Below are positions 50,586 through 64,000 of a stretch of DNA of 64,000 nucleotides, in pieces. The notes beneath the pieces are model-generated. The model saw only the letters and a program-made list of their open reading frames with translations. It was not told the origin of the DNA and ran no database searches. This DNA comes from Eledone cirrhosa (lineage: Eukaryota): NCBI GenBank assembly GCA_964016885.1, contig OZ024748.1:43214001-43278000 (forward strand), written 5' to 3'. Numbering within the stretch: position 1 is the stretch's first letter; each line of letters starts with the position of its first letter. The translations under genes were made by a program, and so were the position numbers.

Positions 50586-51866
50586 TGTTGTATGGTTAAG
50601 ACAAGGATGGTTTTAAACTATATCAACTAAAATGTTTATATTTTAACATGTATAGTTAAGACTAGATTGGTTTAAACTATATCATCAGCTAAAATTCTCA
50701 GGAATTAAGTTTTGATTTTATTTTAATTTATCAACTTCTTAACTCTTTTACTAATTCCAGTCATTGGACTGAGTTAATGCTAAGGCACCACTTTCAGGTG
50801 TTTTAGTGTGGCAAGTAGTATTCTTTGCTTTAAGAATATAAAATGACAAAGTGTAAAATGGAGGTGAATATTATTGCCAGCCATTTTCAACACTAGCATG
50901 ATACATCAAAATTTTCTCAACAGTTTTCCTTAAGCGTTTTTGACAAATTTCCCTCAAAAATTTTACTTGAAACTTTCAAAAAAATTTCTGAAAATTATTT
51001 TGTAAAATCTCCTTAAAATGTTTGAAAAAATGTTTTGAGAAAACGTTTTGAAGAAATTTAAATTTTTTAAACAAAATTTTGAGGAAATTAAAAAAAAAAT
51101 ATTCCACAAACCTTTTTTCTTGAAACTTTCTCAAAAATTTTACTCTAATTATTCAAAAATATTCCTGAAGTTTTTGCCAAACTTTTCTCAAATATTTTCC
51201 TTAAAACTTATTCAAAAGTTTCTAAAAAATTTCTTTCAATTTTTGTAAAACTTTTTCTCAATTTTTTTTCTCAAAAATATTTCTCAAACAATTTTCCTCA
51301 AAATTTTGGAAATAGATTTAACCCACAACTGTTGCTGCTGTTACACACTCTCAGCTGTGTTGACTGAAGTAACGTGAAATGAAGTGTTTTGCTCAAGAAC
51401 ACAATGTAAAAAAAAAAGAAAAACATAAAAGAAAAGATTTTATTGCTTCAATTAAAAATTTATTGAATATAAAAAAAGAAAGGAATTCTTCGAAAAGTAG
51501 CAACAAAATACCTTGATTAATAATTGTTTCTACTTTTGGCACAAGGCCAGCAATTATCCCAGTGCATTACTGGTACTTTATTTTATCGACCCCATAAGGA
51601 TGAAAGGCAAAGTTAACCTCAGCGGGATTTGAACTCAGAATTCCAAGGGCTGTAACTATGCATGGCATCCGACCCTCAACCGATACTGCCAATCTACCCT
51701 GGCTCATTAATAAGTTACAAAAGATCAAATTATTTTCACAAGTTGTAAAGATATCTTTAAAGAATGTGGAACATTTTCCTCTCCAAATACCAACTTCAAG
51801 ATAGACACAGATTGTAAAATATAATATAATGAAGATTATGTTACACTAAGTGGTTAGTATCCTGTG

Positions 51867-51900
<34 letters not shown>

Positions 51901-51901
<1 letters not shown>

Positions 51902-53343
51902 ATCATCATCATCATCATCATCAACGTTTAACGTCCGTGTTCCACGCTTGCATGGGTTTGGACGGGGGTAGTCCCACTTGAGGCAAGAGTGATTGTCTTG
52001 CTCGCATAGGACTGTCTGGCAGGTTTTCTACAGTTGGATGCCCTTCCTAACACCAACCACATTTACAGTGTGGGTCTGGGAGGTTTTTACCGTGTTGCCT
52101 ACACGGCCACATTACAGCGTGGACTGTGTGTTTTTTTGTCGTGACACCTACACGATCTCATTTGTTTCGGCCCGGATGGCGCGGCACCAACATAACTTTA
52201 CGTAGGACGGGGTGGTGTGGATGGGGTGGGGGTGGTGGTGGTGGGACGGGGTGTATTTTGTTAGAGATGCCTACTGGCAAGGCGGGTCTTCTCTGTTACT
52301 GAGTACCGCCAAAGGTCTCGGTCCAGTGACATTGTCTTGGAGAGGTGTAAGTGTGTGAGGTCGGAGTTTATCAGCTCGTCCCAGGTTTTTCTAGGTCTGC
52401 CTATTCCGTGGCTACCGTCTATCTTTATTGCCCTGCACTTTGTTATACAGCTATCGACTTTCATGCGCATCACGTGTCCATACCAACGTAGCCTTCTCTC
52501 GAGTAAACAACATCTGATCCCTCTTATCTCTAATTTTTTCCTTAGTTCGTTTATGCTTTGCCGTTCACGTATATTACTGTTACACATCCAGCGGAGCATG
52601 CAAGCTTCGTTCCTCTCTAGTCTGCGTATATCCTCTGCACACAATGCCCAGGTCTCACTGCCATGCAACATTGCTGTTCGTATGCAGGCATCGTACAACC
52701 TGCCTTTCATTTTTAGGGAGAACCCTTTAGCAGCTAATAGTGGTATAAGCTCTCTGAACTTTTTCCAACCAGTTCTGACTCTAGCTACAGTACTTTCAGA
52801 GCACCCTCCCCCACTGCTGATTTTATCGCCCAGGTAACGGAAGCTGTCCACTATTTCTATAGAACCCTCTGCGCAATTGAAAGAGCTAGTATTGTGTGGG
52901 CACTTGCTGCTACTTATTGCACCAGAACACCGGCCACATGTAAAATCTATGTTCTTAGTTAGCTTACCTGTGATCCCACTACATCTTTTATGCACCCATA
53001 CTTTGCATTTAGGACACAAAATGGAGTTTCTACCTACGCCTTTCCTACACACCGAGCACGACCATTTCCCAGAAGGGACCGCCGCCTTGTTTTCTTTCCT
53101 ACAAACTAGAACTTTGGTCTTAGCCAGGTTAATTTTAAGTCCTTTTGACTCTAGGCCGTGCTTCCATGTTTGGAATTTCTTCTCTAGCTCGGCCATTGAT
53201 TCCGCTATGAGTGTCAGGTCGTCTGCGTATAGGAGTTCCCATGGGCAGCCTGTCTTGAACTCCTCTGTTATAGCCTGAAGGGCAATAATAAATAGTAGGG
53301 GGCTGAGAACAGAGCCCTGATGGACGCCAACTTTTACGCTAAA
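51901..53343 (-). mobile_element. 5'-truncated RTE LINE (same family as 25117), with 5' junction region duplicated at ~53455-53825
   Basis: ORF 52261-53196 with PHD-like finger and RT C-terminal region; (cat)n tail. Confidence 0.9.
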
Positions 53344-53364
53344 CGGACGCCAACTTTTACGCTA

Positions 53365-53408
<44 letters not shown>

Positions 53409-53730
53409 TTGCATATATATATATATATATATATATAATATCATTTAACATAAATTTTTCTTTCCTACAAACTAGAACTTTGGTCTTAGCCAGGTTAATT
53501 TTAAGTCCTTTTGACTCTAGGCCGTGCTTCCATGTTTGGAATTTCTTCTCTAGCTCGGCCATTGATTCCGCTATGAGTGTCAGGTCGTCTGCGTATAGGA
53601 GTTCCCATGGGCAGCCTGTCTTGAACTCCTCTGTTATAGCCTGAAGGGCAATACTAAATAGTAGGGGGCTGAGAACAGAGCCCTGATGGACGCCAACTTT
53701 TACGCTAAACGGACGCCAACTTTTACGCTA

Positions 53731-53774
<44 letters not shown>

Positions 53775-53921
53775 TTGCATATATATATATATATATATAT
53801 ATAATATCATTTAACATAAATTTTTCATGCACACACATATGTATTTGGATAGATCCAAACGGAACTTGAACCATTAAGGTCCGATTCCTGGGTTTGTCAC
53901 TATTTATAAAACAAATTTTGT

Positions 53922-53980
53922 ATTTTATCTGATGAGAGCGTACCAAAGTTTTGGTACCCTTGAAATATATATAATAGAAT
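53922..53980 (+). ncRNA. Type I hammerhead ribozyme in a short PLE-derived repeat (53903-54113)
   Basis: attttat-CTGATGA-gagcgtaccaaa/tttggtaccctt-GAAA-tatataTA-atagaat; 7-bp stem I. Confidence 0.85.
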
Positions 53981-54167
53981 AAATATGGTTTTATAAATAT
54001 AGTTTCCATTTATTAATATCATTGACATTATACTCCAGAAAACTTGTCGAGTGCTTCAAATCTGTTATAAATATATTTGTTGAATTACCAACAAATTAAA
54101 TATCCCTTTGCTTATATATATATATATATATATATATAAATGTATACTTTTATATTGCTTAAAAATA

Positions 54168-54204
54168 ATCATTTCTCAGCCTTTTGGCTAAGATCAAGGT
54201 GTAG
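54168..54204 (+). pseudogene. 3'-truncated U2 snRNA retrocopy (nt ~1-37) with 16-bp TSD
   Basis: atcatttctcagccttttggctaagatcaaggtgtag vs U2 ATCGCTTCTCGGCCTTTTGGCTAAGATCAAGTGTAG; flanks atattgcttaaaaata / atattgctttcaaata. Confidence 0.85.
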
Positions 54205-54313
54205 AATATTGCTTTCAAATATCCTTGAATTGAAAGAAACTTAGAAAAGGTTTAGAAAATGTAGGGTGAAGATTAGGTCTTACCACTTCCTCAGTAAGAG
54301 AGAGAGAGAGGGA

Positions 54314-54348
<35 letters not shown>

Positions 54349-54470
54349 GTTTGATAAAAAGGAGGCCTGACTGTTGAAATTCTCTTAAAGTTTAAATATT
54401 GCAAAAATACAAAATATATATTGAAATGCTCAAAACTTCATGTGTATAAGAATATATATATATATATATA

Positions 54471-55178
54471 TCATCATCATCATTTTACATCCGCTTTTCC
54501 CTGCTTGCAAGGGTGGGACGGGTCTTATTTAGCACAGCATCTCTCCACTTGTCACGGTCCTTCGTCATCTCCACCATGAGCTTCAGCGACCTGAGGTCTG
54601 TTCTCACCACCTCCGCCCATGTTTTTCATGGTCTACCTCTACCACATCTTCCTTCAACTGGCATTTCCTGGCACTTCTTCATCCATCAGTCATCCTCCAT
54701 GCGCATCACATGTCCATACCACCTCAGTCTCCTCTCTCGCACACTACATTCTATCCCTCTCAGACACAGTTTCTCTCTCAACACATCCATGCTGGGTCGT
54801 TCACGCACATTGACATTGCATATCCAATGGAGCATGCTTGCCTCATTTCTCTCCAGCCGTCGCATATCCTCTGCAGTTGCTGCCCATGTCTCACTACCAT
54901 GCAGCATCGCGCTCTTCACACAGGCATCATATAACCGGCCTGTCGTACGCTTCTTCATCAGCAGAGGGAGCAGCTCCCTAAACTTCTTCCAACCCGTCCT
55001 TATTCTAGATACTATGGCCTCGGAACCCCCCCTCCCATGCTAATCTGATCTAGGTACCGGAAGCTATCCACCACTTCTATAGCACCCACCTGCATTTGAA
55101 AAATGTGTCTATCAATGATGCGACTTCTACTGTCTAATTTCCCTGTACATCTACTGCATATGTATTTCTCCCTACCTG
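54471..55178 (-). mobile_element. RTE LINE 3' fragment, second subfamily
   Basis: GRLYDACVKSAMLHGSETW..RRLRWYGHVMRM; short 3'UTR and (tga)n tail. Confidence 0.85.
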
Positions 55179-56055
55179 TAAGATATATATATGTGTGTGG
55201 GTGTGTGTGAGTCCCAAGTTCAGTTGGGGGTAACCACAGTAAGTAAGGTACTCAATACATTAGTAGAGTATGTGTGTGTGTATATATATACTCTTTTACC
55301 TGTTCCAGCCATCCAGATTAAAGTTTAAGCAATCCAAATTAAGCCATCCAGATTAAAGTTTAAGCAATCCGGATTAAGCCATCCAGATTAAAGTTTAAGC
55401 AATCCAGATTAAAGTTTAAGCAATCCAGATTAAAGTTTAAGCAAAGAATTGCTGCTTTCACCCTTATCGGGATCTTCTGAAACTAAAAAGATCCCTCTTT
55501 GGATTTTAGTCTTCACATTTATTATTACTATATAGAGTTACGGCCCTTGCCATTCTGAGTTCAAATCCCGCCAAGGTTAACTTTGCCTTTCATCCTTACG
55601 GGGTCGATAAAATAAAGTACCAGTAATGCACTGGGTAATTGCTGGCCTTGTGCCAAAAGTTGAAACAATTATTACTATATATATATATAAAGTTTTGAGT
55701 ATTTCAATATAAAACACATTTCTTACAGGAAATAATGAAAAACAAAAAAAGAAAGAAGACCATTTCTGAAAGTTGCCAAGGTTTTAACCTTTACCAAATG
55801 TTTTTATTTCAAGCAGTTATAAGATAAATGCTTAAGGATGGAACTTAACATGAATATGATAAAATAAATAAATTTAAAATATATATTTTTTTAGTACATT
55901 GAATTCAATAAACACAGAAATACCACACATCATCATCAAAGATGGTCAGAAACACACTTCAGATTTTTTAGGATTAAAAATTGGAAATAAATTATTTTAT
56001 TTTAAAATTTAGCTTATTCATTAACCATTGCAATATTATTTTACCTCTAACAAGT

Positions 56056-56099
<44 letters not shown>

Positions 56100-56148
56100 T
56101 GTGGTGTGGTGTGGTGTGGTGTGGTGTGGTGTGGTGTGGTGTGGTGTG

Positions 56149-56183
<35 letters not shown>

Positions 56184-56224
56184 CGTGCGTCCCTGTGCGA
56201 GTGGTTTCATGCAATGTTTTACTG

Positions 56225-56482
56225 CTATCACCAAATGTTGGTCTTCCTCAGATGTCTAGCATTGGTTTTATATATCTCATCATCATCATTTTTATTGTGC
56301 ATCATTACTGCTTTACGCAGCACAGCTCTGTGCACCTTGGGTATGTGCAGTGTAGTTTTTGCTGATGTTTCTATTGTATTGATAGTACTTTTCATAATAT
56401 ATGTGGAGTGCCTAGTAGTACTATCTTTTGTATGCTGTATATATTTGTAAGTCCTGGGGTTTTGATTATTATTATTATTATT
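56225..56482 (+). repeat. Uninterrupted copy of the interspersed repeat split at 8.9-22.3 kb
   Basis: gcacagctc..gtgca..tgggta..tgcagtgtagtttttgctgatgtttctattgtattgatagtac ... gtaagtcctggg..(tta)n. Confidence 0.7.
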
Positions 56483-57109
56483 GCAATGAATTGTCCAATT
56501 AGTGTTATTTAAATTCTTCCAGATTGTTGGCAGTTTAAAAAAAAATATATACATTCCGATGAATATGAATGGAAGAACCACAATACTGCCATTTGCTTCC
56601 TTTAAATGTCTGACCAAGTTCTTGTAGAATAATATATGGCTTTTTAGGTATTCAGAAATTCAAGGGTGAATGCTATAAAATGAAAACTTTAAAAAAATCT
56701 CATAGATATTAAAAAAATAATAATCTCATATTTGAGTATTGAATTCTTCTTAATATATAAAAAAACAAAACAAGTTACTTCATACTGAAATAAAAATAAT
56801 CATAAAATATTACAAAATTATAGTTTTTAATTTATGTCAAAAGGATGGAAAGAGTTATTGGTTGGATTGGACAAAGGAAAGCTAGAAACTATATTTCCAT
56901 TGGACTTTCCAATCTTGATACTCTCTGTCGGATAACCCTGTATATAATATATAATATATATTATCTAGAAAATTTTTTTAGTACCAAATGCAATTTTAAA
57001 ATCACAATGAATCTATTTGAACTTTATTTTTTAGACATTATTATTGAATTGTTTTTTAAATAAAATAAACAGCAACAAATAAGTAATATTTATTATTCTT
57101 ATAAGAAAA

Positions 57110-57162
<53 letters not shown>

Positions 57163-59855
57163 AATGACTTTGAAAACCATACAATGCACTAGGAAAAATT
57201 AAAATTGCTAAGATAACAATAGAATCTTACCTTAAGCAATACAATATATAATTTAAAGTACTTATTTAAACCTGTGTTGCTTTTTAAAAAGTGGTATTAA
57301 GAGATTACAGTCTTCTTCTAAAATGTTCAACATGTTTCTTCCAATAATCTCAAAGAAATATAGAAATATTTTATAAAATGATAACAACATAAATAACTCA
57401 CATGGTTTCAACAGAACAATGGAATATAAAAATATTTAATAAGCAGAAACAAAAAATGTAACATCAATTAAAAGATTTTCCTTTTTGTTTTGATATATAT
57501 ATATATGGTACACACACATATATATAGCACATATATATATTATATTTAAGAATGCGGACTGGACTATCTATAGTAAAAAAATAAAATCATTTAGAACTAC
57601 CTATTGTATAATGTAAACTATGTGAACATCGTGTGTATAGCAAATAAGTTTAAATATTTTACAGTTCTGAAAGCAGTTTGGATATAATGAGCAAAGAACA
57701 TCTTTTGTGTTTGTTTATAGTCAAATCACATATCTGCTGTGGAAAACAGTTCTCTTAGTGAAGTAAGGCACAAGCAAAATTAGAGTGCTTATACTGAAGA
57801 AAAACCAAATAAAAAAAACCCATAAAACTAATAATAAACTACTGCTAATAATAATTAGATAAATGGTGTTGTATAGACAAGCAAAATTAGAGTGTTTATA
57901 CTGAAAAAGAAACCATAAAAATCCCCCATAAAACAACTAAAGCCCATAAACTACTACTACTAATCATAAACTACTAATGATTAGATAAATAGTGCTGTAT
58001 AGATAGAGACTAACTAACGAATGAAACAAAACAGAGTGCATGGTATCAATATTTAAATATTTTGTATTTGCGTTTAGATCTAATAAAATATTTATGATCT
58101 AACCAGTTCTGATGAGTTTAAATTGGTTTTATATCATTTAAGCTATTATAAAACATTATAAAGTAGTAATCAAACAAAAGTAATTTGAGAACCCACAAAT
58201 TAAGAGCTTGCTTTTGAAAATATTATGAAAGCTGTGGTTAAGTGAGATATTATGGCATCTGCTTACAGACCAAAATATTAATGGTACCCTGTCCCCATCA
58301 CTGTACTGGTGCCTACATAAAGACACTGGTTATGTCCTTGAAGTTAGAAATATGTGCCTTGGCTATGCAACTCCCTACAATTCATTAAATAAGAAAACTA
58401 AGGTTCTTTTAGCTTGACACGGTACTGAGTTTTAAATTTTCCAAAAGCTGGACTCCCGAGGTGGAGATCAATTGGCATTTTGTCAGTTCCAACAATAAAT
58501 ATCTCAGTTATTTCGACAGAACAGCCTGCTTGTGAAATTTATGAGCAAGTGGCTGAGCATTTCACAGACATGTGTACCTTTAGCAGAGTTGTCAGGGAGA
58601 GTCAGCTTGACAGAGAATTTGACAAGGCTGGCCCTTTGAATTATATGTACAACACATTTTTGCCAGCTGAATGGACTGCAACAATGTGAAATAAAATGTT
58701 TTGCTCAAGGACACACCGTACCGCCAGGTATGAAACTCATGACCATACGATTGTGAGCCAAATATTCTACCCAGAATGCCTCATGTCTTCACTAGGAGGA
58801 GATAGAGACCATTGATAATGTCATTATTGGAGACAAAGTATGGAAATATTTGATCAATGTAAACTACGTATATGTTAGCTTTACGTCGATGAATTGAATA
58901 CAGTTATATTAGCAGCTCTGAGTGTGTTTATGACCAGCAAGAATATCAAATGAGTTTGATTAAAGAAAACAAAATAATAATTGTCATGGAAGGGTAATTA
59001 ACAATAAAATTAATTTACAATTAATATTTTTAGAGAAAAAAAATATTTAAATGGACAGAATTATTTTGAAGTAAAAAAAACGAAGAAAAAAAATACAAAT
59101 TTTTACACAGTTCTTATAGGAGCAATAATATTAAAGTTACCAAAAAATAGATTCAAAGTATGAAGCACTCAAAATAATTTATAGTCAGTCAGTATTTTAT
59201 TCAATGTGTATCCAATAATACCAGAAGGATGGACTAAAATAATTGGTCAAAAAACCCGAGTAAATTAAAATCTTTATAAATTATGAATATTAATTTTTTT
59301 TTTTTTTGCATATAATTAAAATATATGTAAGTCATCATATGAGGCTCATTTTAATTATGAAATGAGTCCAGCTGATCAGTTTAACAAGATGGAATCATTA
59401 GTGAATAGAACTGTAATATTGTATTCATAAGAAGTTTTGATACTAAATGCCAGCTTGGTAAGAAAGTAATAGGAAGAGATATTTCAAGATGTAATATACA
59501 GAATCAGTCCCTAAATGTTGTGAAGTGTTTAAATGTAGACGTTCTAAGAAACAGAAAATTCTTTTGTTCCCTCTACCCGCCATAAATTGAAGCAGCTGAA
59601 CAAATTTCAAGTAGCAAAGATTTAAAAAAACAAATAATACTTCTTTTCGTGTTGAAGGAGCCAGAGAAGGACAAAAAAAAAAAAAAAAGAAACTAGTATC
59701 GGCATGAATATAGTGATATGTTAGTGTTAGCAGCAAAAATAACCAAGAAATAAAAAATGAAAAAAAAACGTTAAAAAAAAAAAACAATTGCAACTGTCAT
59801 AAAATTTTAAATAATAAAACTGAACTCACAAAAAAATAAAATAAAATTAAATAAA

Positions 59856-59913
59856 CTAATTTTCTGAATCAATGGAGATTTTCTCAACACAATCTTCTGG
59901 TTGAAGATCAAAA
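59856..59913 (-). CDS. ESYT: Extended synaptotagmin-like gene, terminal coding exon (FDLQPEDCVEKISIDSEN*)
   Basis: Acceptor ttcttcttctccAG; phase compatible with exon 60979-61134; long AT-rich putative 3'UTR follows. Confidence 0.75.
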
Positions 59914-59989
59914 CTGGAGAAGAAGAAGAAGAAAAACATTTATGTTAAATATTGGTAAAAATGTGTAACTGACTATTTTCATAAATACA

Positions 59990-60345
59990 TCAAAGAATAC
60001 GATTGCGAAATGGGGTTCCTCTGAAGGGTTCTTGGAGTAATGTAACCTGATAGAGTGCGTAGCTCAAAGATCAGGTAGAGCCACTACTTCACCAAAATGA
60101 GAGATCACAGCTCCGATACTATGGCATATGGTTGAATGTCTTAGGAAAGAATCGCTGGACAGATTTTACAGGCAAAACCAACCAGCAGGAAATCCAGGGG
60201 TAGACCCCGAGCAAGATGGTTGGATAACATCAATCAACTTGGCTGGTCTCACTTGGAGATCCAACTGGATTAGTTGAAGATGGTTACTTCACACAGAACC
60301 CACTGGAAGGAGTGTTTGAGGACTCTGCCACCACAAAACTTCCAT
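59990..60345 (+). mobile_element. Old RTE-like LINE C-terminal fragment (intronic)
   Basis: KPTSRKSRGRPRARWLDNI-like remnant. Confidence 0.5.
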
Positions 60346-60399
60346 GCTTCCCAAAATTTGCCAACACTACCCCTGATATTCCCCCTTCATACACACACG

Positions 60400-60695
60400 C
60401 ATGTGTGTGTGTCTGTCTCAGGAATACATATATATGTGTGTGTGTGTGTGCGTGTGTGTCTGTCTGTCTCAGGAATACATATATGTGTGTGTGTGTGTCT
60501 GTCTGTCTGTCTGTCTCAGGAATACATATGTGTGTGTGTGTGTCTGTCTGTCTGTCTCAGGAATACATACGTGTGTGTGTGTGTCTGTCTGTCTGTCTCA
60601 GGAATACATATGTGTGTGTGTGTGTGTGTCTGTCTGTCTCAGGAATACATATATGTGTGTGTGTGTCTGTCTGTCTCAGGAATACATATGTGTGT
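60400..60695. repeat. ~40-bp variable minisatellite (tgtc)n-tcaggaatacata-(tg)n
   Basis: Direct inspection. Confidence 0.85.
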
Positions 60696-60978
60696 GTTGT
60701 CACGTCACTGGTGTCAAGCTGTATTGGCTATTGCCTTTCCCTTGGACAACATCGGTGGCGTGGTGAGGAGAGACTAGTATACATGGGCGACTGCTGGTCT
60801 TCCACAAACAACCTTGCTCAGACTTGTGCATTGGAAGGGAACTTTCTTGGTGTAGATCCCATGGTCATTCCTGACCAAAGGGAGTCTTTATTATAGTAAA
60901 AACATTTTAAAGGCTCATTATATATTAATTAAATAATTATGAAATAGAAATAAGAGATAGAATGAAAGATAAACTTAC

Positions 60979-61134
60979 AAGTCAGTCACCGTTTTCATAT
61001 CTTCAATATTGTGAAGTTGTATAAAAGCAACGCCAATGATCTGGCGATCACTAGAAAACATGGATTTGTTGTGTTTCACTGCTATGTCTAGTGTACGACT
61101 TGCCAGTTCACCAGGGGCTACAGCAAATTCAAAG
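60979..61134 (-). CDS. ESYT: Extended synaptotagmin-like gene, penultimate exon (C-terminal C2 domain)
   Basis: tttctAG | FEFAVAPGELASRTLDIAVKHNKSMFSSDRQIIGVAFIQLHNIEDMKTVTD | GTaagt; resembles ESYT C2C (FDFSV..RTLDVAVKN..LLGKV..TQWYDL). Confidence 0.82.
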
Positions 61135-61641
61135 CTAGAAATAAATAAACCATATAAGTATACAAAGGTGGCAAATTAGCAGAGTCATTAAGACATCGGA
61201 TAGAACGTTTTATGGTATTCCTCCCACCCCATTGCACGCTCTGTGTTCAAATCCCACCGTGGTCAACTTTGCCTTTCATCCTTTCGAGGTCAATAAAAAA
61301 AAGTACCAGTCCAGTACTGGGGTCGATTCTTCCTCTGTAGGAAAAATCGGCTGTGTTCAGACCTGGACAGGGTTGGGCTTCACCAGGGTTAAAAGTGCCC
61401 TAGACACACCATATGACGGTGACTCTGTGACGCCACAAGGAGTTATGGCATCTTTATCCTTTATTGATAAGTATACGGCATTACACAAAGATTTTGCTCA
61501 TCGCTTGCTACCAAGAATGTAAAGGGCCGTAACTCAATGCTGCAAGGCATATTATCTGACACTCTACTGATATTGCCTTCTTAGATTAATTCAGTGCCAA
61601 TCAAGAATTGAGTTATGAAATACCTATTAACTCTTCTGTTA

Positions 61642-63180
61642 CCATATTTCTAGTGAAAGACACTGCCGGCCATATTTCTAGTGAAAGACACTGCCGACCA
61701 TATTTCTAGTGAAAAACAGTGCCGACTATATTTCTAGTGAAAGACACTGCCGGCCATATTTCTAGTGAAAGACACTGCCGACCATATTTCTAGTGAAAGA
61801 CACTGCCGGCCATATTTCTAGTGAAAGACACTGCCGACCATATTTCTAGTGAAAGACACTGCCGACCATATTTCTAGTGAAAGACACTGCCGACTATATT
61901 TCTAGTGAAAGACACTGCCGGCCATATTTCTAGTGAAAGACACTGCCGACCATATTTCTAGTGAAAAACACTGCCGACTATATTTCTAGTGAAAGACACT
62001 GCCGACTATATTTCTAGTGAAAGACACTGCCGACCATATTTCTAGTGAAAGACACTGCCAACCATATTTCTAGTGAAAGACACTGCCGACTATATTTCTA
62101 GTGAAAGACACTGCCGACCATATTTCTAGTGAAAGACACTGCCGACCATATTTCTAGTGAAAGACACTGCCGACCATATTTCTAGTGAAAAACACTGCCG
62201 ACCATATTTCTAGTGAAAGACACTGCCGACCATATTTCTAGTGAAAGACACTGCCGACCATATTTCTAGTGAAAGACACTGCCGACTATATTTCTAGTGA
62301 AAGACACTGCCGACTATATTTCTAGTGAAAGACACTGCCGACCATATTTCTAGTGAAAGACACTGCCGACTATATTTCTAGTGAAAGACACTGCCGACCA
62401 TATTTCTAGTGAAAGACACTGCCGACTATATTTCTAGTGAAAGTCACTGCCGACCATATTTCTAGTGAAAGACACTGCCGACTATATTTCTAGTGAAAGA
62501 CACTGCCGACCATATTTCTAGTGAAAGACACTGCCGACTATATTTCTAGTGAAAGACACTGCCGACCATATTTCTAGTGAAAGACACTGCCGACTATATT
62601 TCTAGTGAAAGACACTGCCGACCATATTTCTAGTGAAAGACACTGCAGACTATATTTCTAGTGAAAGACACTGCCGACTATATTTCTAGTGAAAGACACT
62701 GCCGACCATATTTCTAGTGAAAGACACTGCCGACTATATTTCTAGTGAAAGACACTGCCGACCATATTTCTAGTGAAAGACACTGCCGACCATATTTCTA
62801 GTGAAAGACACTGCCGACCATATTTCTAGTGAAAGACACTGCCGACCATATTTCTAGTGAAAGACACTGCCGACCATATTTCTAGTGAAAGACACTGCCG
62901 ACCATATTTCTAGTGAAAGACACTGCCGACCATATTTCTAGTGAAAGACACTGCCGACCATATTTCTAGTGAAAGACACTGCCGACCATATTTCTCGTGA
63001 AAGACACTGCCGACCATATTTCTAGTGAAAGACACTGCCGACTATATTTCTAGTGAAAGACACTGCCGGCCATATTTCTAGTGAAAGATACTGCCGACCA
63101 TATTTCTAGTGAAAGACACTGCCGGCCATATTTCTAGTGAAAGACACTGCCGACCATATTTCTAGTGAAAGACACTGCCG
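61642..63180. repeat. 28-bp minisatellite (~55 copies) amplified inside a TTAA-ended MITE
   Basis: ccatatttctagtgaaagacactgccga; preceded by ttaactcttctgtta, followed by MITE-like body to ~63310. Confidence 0.92.
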
Positions 63181-63654
63181 ATGAGTTTCAAATGATTTCG
63201 AAGCTAATCAAGAATTTTGAAGAATTTAGTAATAAAACTAATTTTCTCATTATTAAATTGGTTTTTAAACATAACCTAACAAAAGTTCTTACATAAAATT
63301 ATGTCAGAAGGTTTTTAGATAAATACAATGGTAGAGTCTATGGCAGTGGAGACTTCTGGCATTATTGGTCTCTGGATCATATTCCTGCTCACTGCTATCG
63401 GAGCAGAGTTGGCCACCCGTAGGTGTGAGCCCTGTGAGGTAGAGTGACTGTTCCAGTGTATCTCCCTCATTATCCTCCATGGTAATGTATTCTCCATCCT
63501 ATCATCTAGGACCATGAGGCGGAGGAGAAGATAGTTGGAATTGGAGGATACTTGTTTGGATGTCAACACATTCACACACATACCCAACCTCTTACATAGT
63601 ACATCGAAGATATTTAATATAAAGGTTTTAACACAAACAGTTTTGTATGGTAGA

Positions 63655-64000
63655 AATATAGACAGTTTGGTATTAGAAAGTTTGGTATCAGAAAGTTTGG
63701 TAGCAGAAAGTTTGGTATTAGAGAGTTTGGTATCAGACAGTTTGGTATCAGAAAGTTTGGTATCAGAAAGTTTGGTATTAGAAAGTTTGGTATCAGAAAG
63801 TTTGGTATCAGAAAGTTTGGTATCAGAAAGTTTGGTATTAGAAAGTTTGGTATTAGAGAGTTTGGTATCAGAAAGTTTGGTATCAGAAAGTTTGGTATTA
63901 GAGAGTTTGGTATTAGAGAGTTTGGTATTAGAAAGTTTGGTATTAGAGAATTTGGTATTAGAAAGTTTGGTATTAGAAAGTTTGGTATTAGAAAGTTTGG
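63655..64000. repeat. 15-bp tandem repeat
   Basis: agaaagtttggtat(c/t). Confidence 0.92.

Noticed and set aside
53092-53825. ~366-bp tandem duplication at the RTE 5' junction as a novel element
   Set aside because: Simple local duplication or assembly artefact next to (TA)n; no ends or TSD
61642-63180. CRISPR-like 28-bp repeats (also the 29-bp repeats at 1426)
   Set aside because: Head-to-tail with no spacers and no cas genes; eukaryotic context

Overview
Very AT-rich, repeat-dominated animal genomic DNA; the repeat types (huge (TA)n tracts, RTE LINEs with (TGA)n tails, tRNA-SINEs, TTAA-ended MITEs) suggest an octopus/coleoid cephalopod (inference). Host genes: (i) a divergently oriented pair of paralogous single-ORF genes (37322-39142 minus, 45046-46863 plus) encoding ~605-aa secreted proteins of unknown function with an N-terminal carbohydrate-binding-module-like domain; (ii) the last two coding exons of an extended-synaptotagmin (ESYT)-like gene (minus, 59856-61134). 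The most striking content is a Penelope-like element (PLE, Naiad-type) system. Five different PLE insertions are stacked head-to-tail in (TA)n between 8.9 and 20.6 kb, one with an intact 775-aa RT + GIY-YIG ORF. Several tiny fold-back PLE derivatives share one architecture: (TA)n-inverted arm-arm-tail-(TA)n. About 13 hand-folded type I hammerhead ribozyme motifs occur; several have a greatly enlarged stem II, most share a mismatch at stem II position 4, and one family has a covarying U3-A8 core. Also present: a complete Tigger/pogo transposon, a non-autonomous Helitron, RTE and CR1 LINE fragments, SINEs, a 5S-rRNA-derived satellite, a truncated U2 retrocopy and many minisatellites. All structures were read by eye; no searches or folding programs were run.
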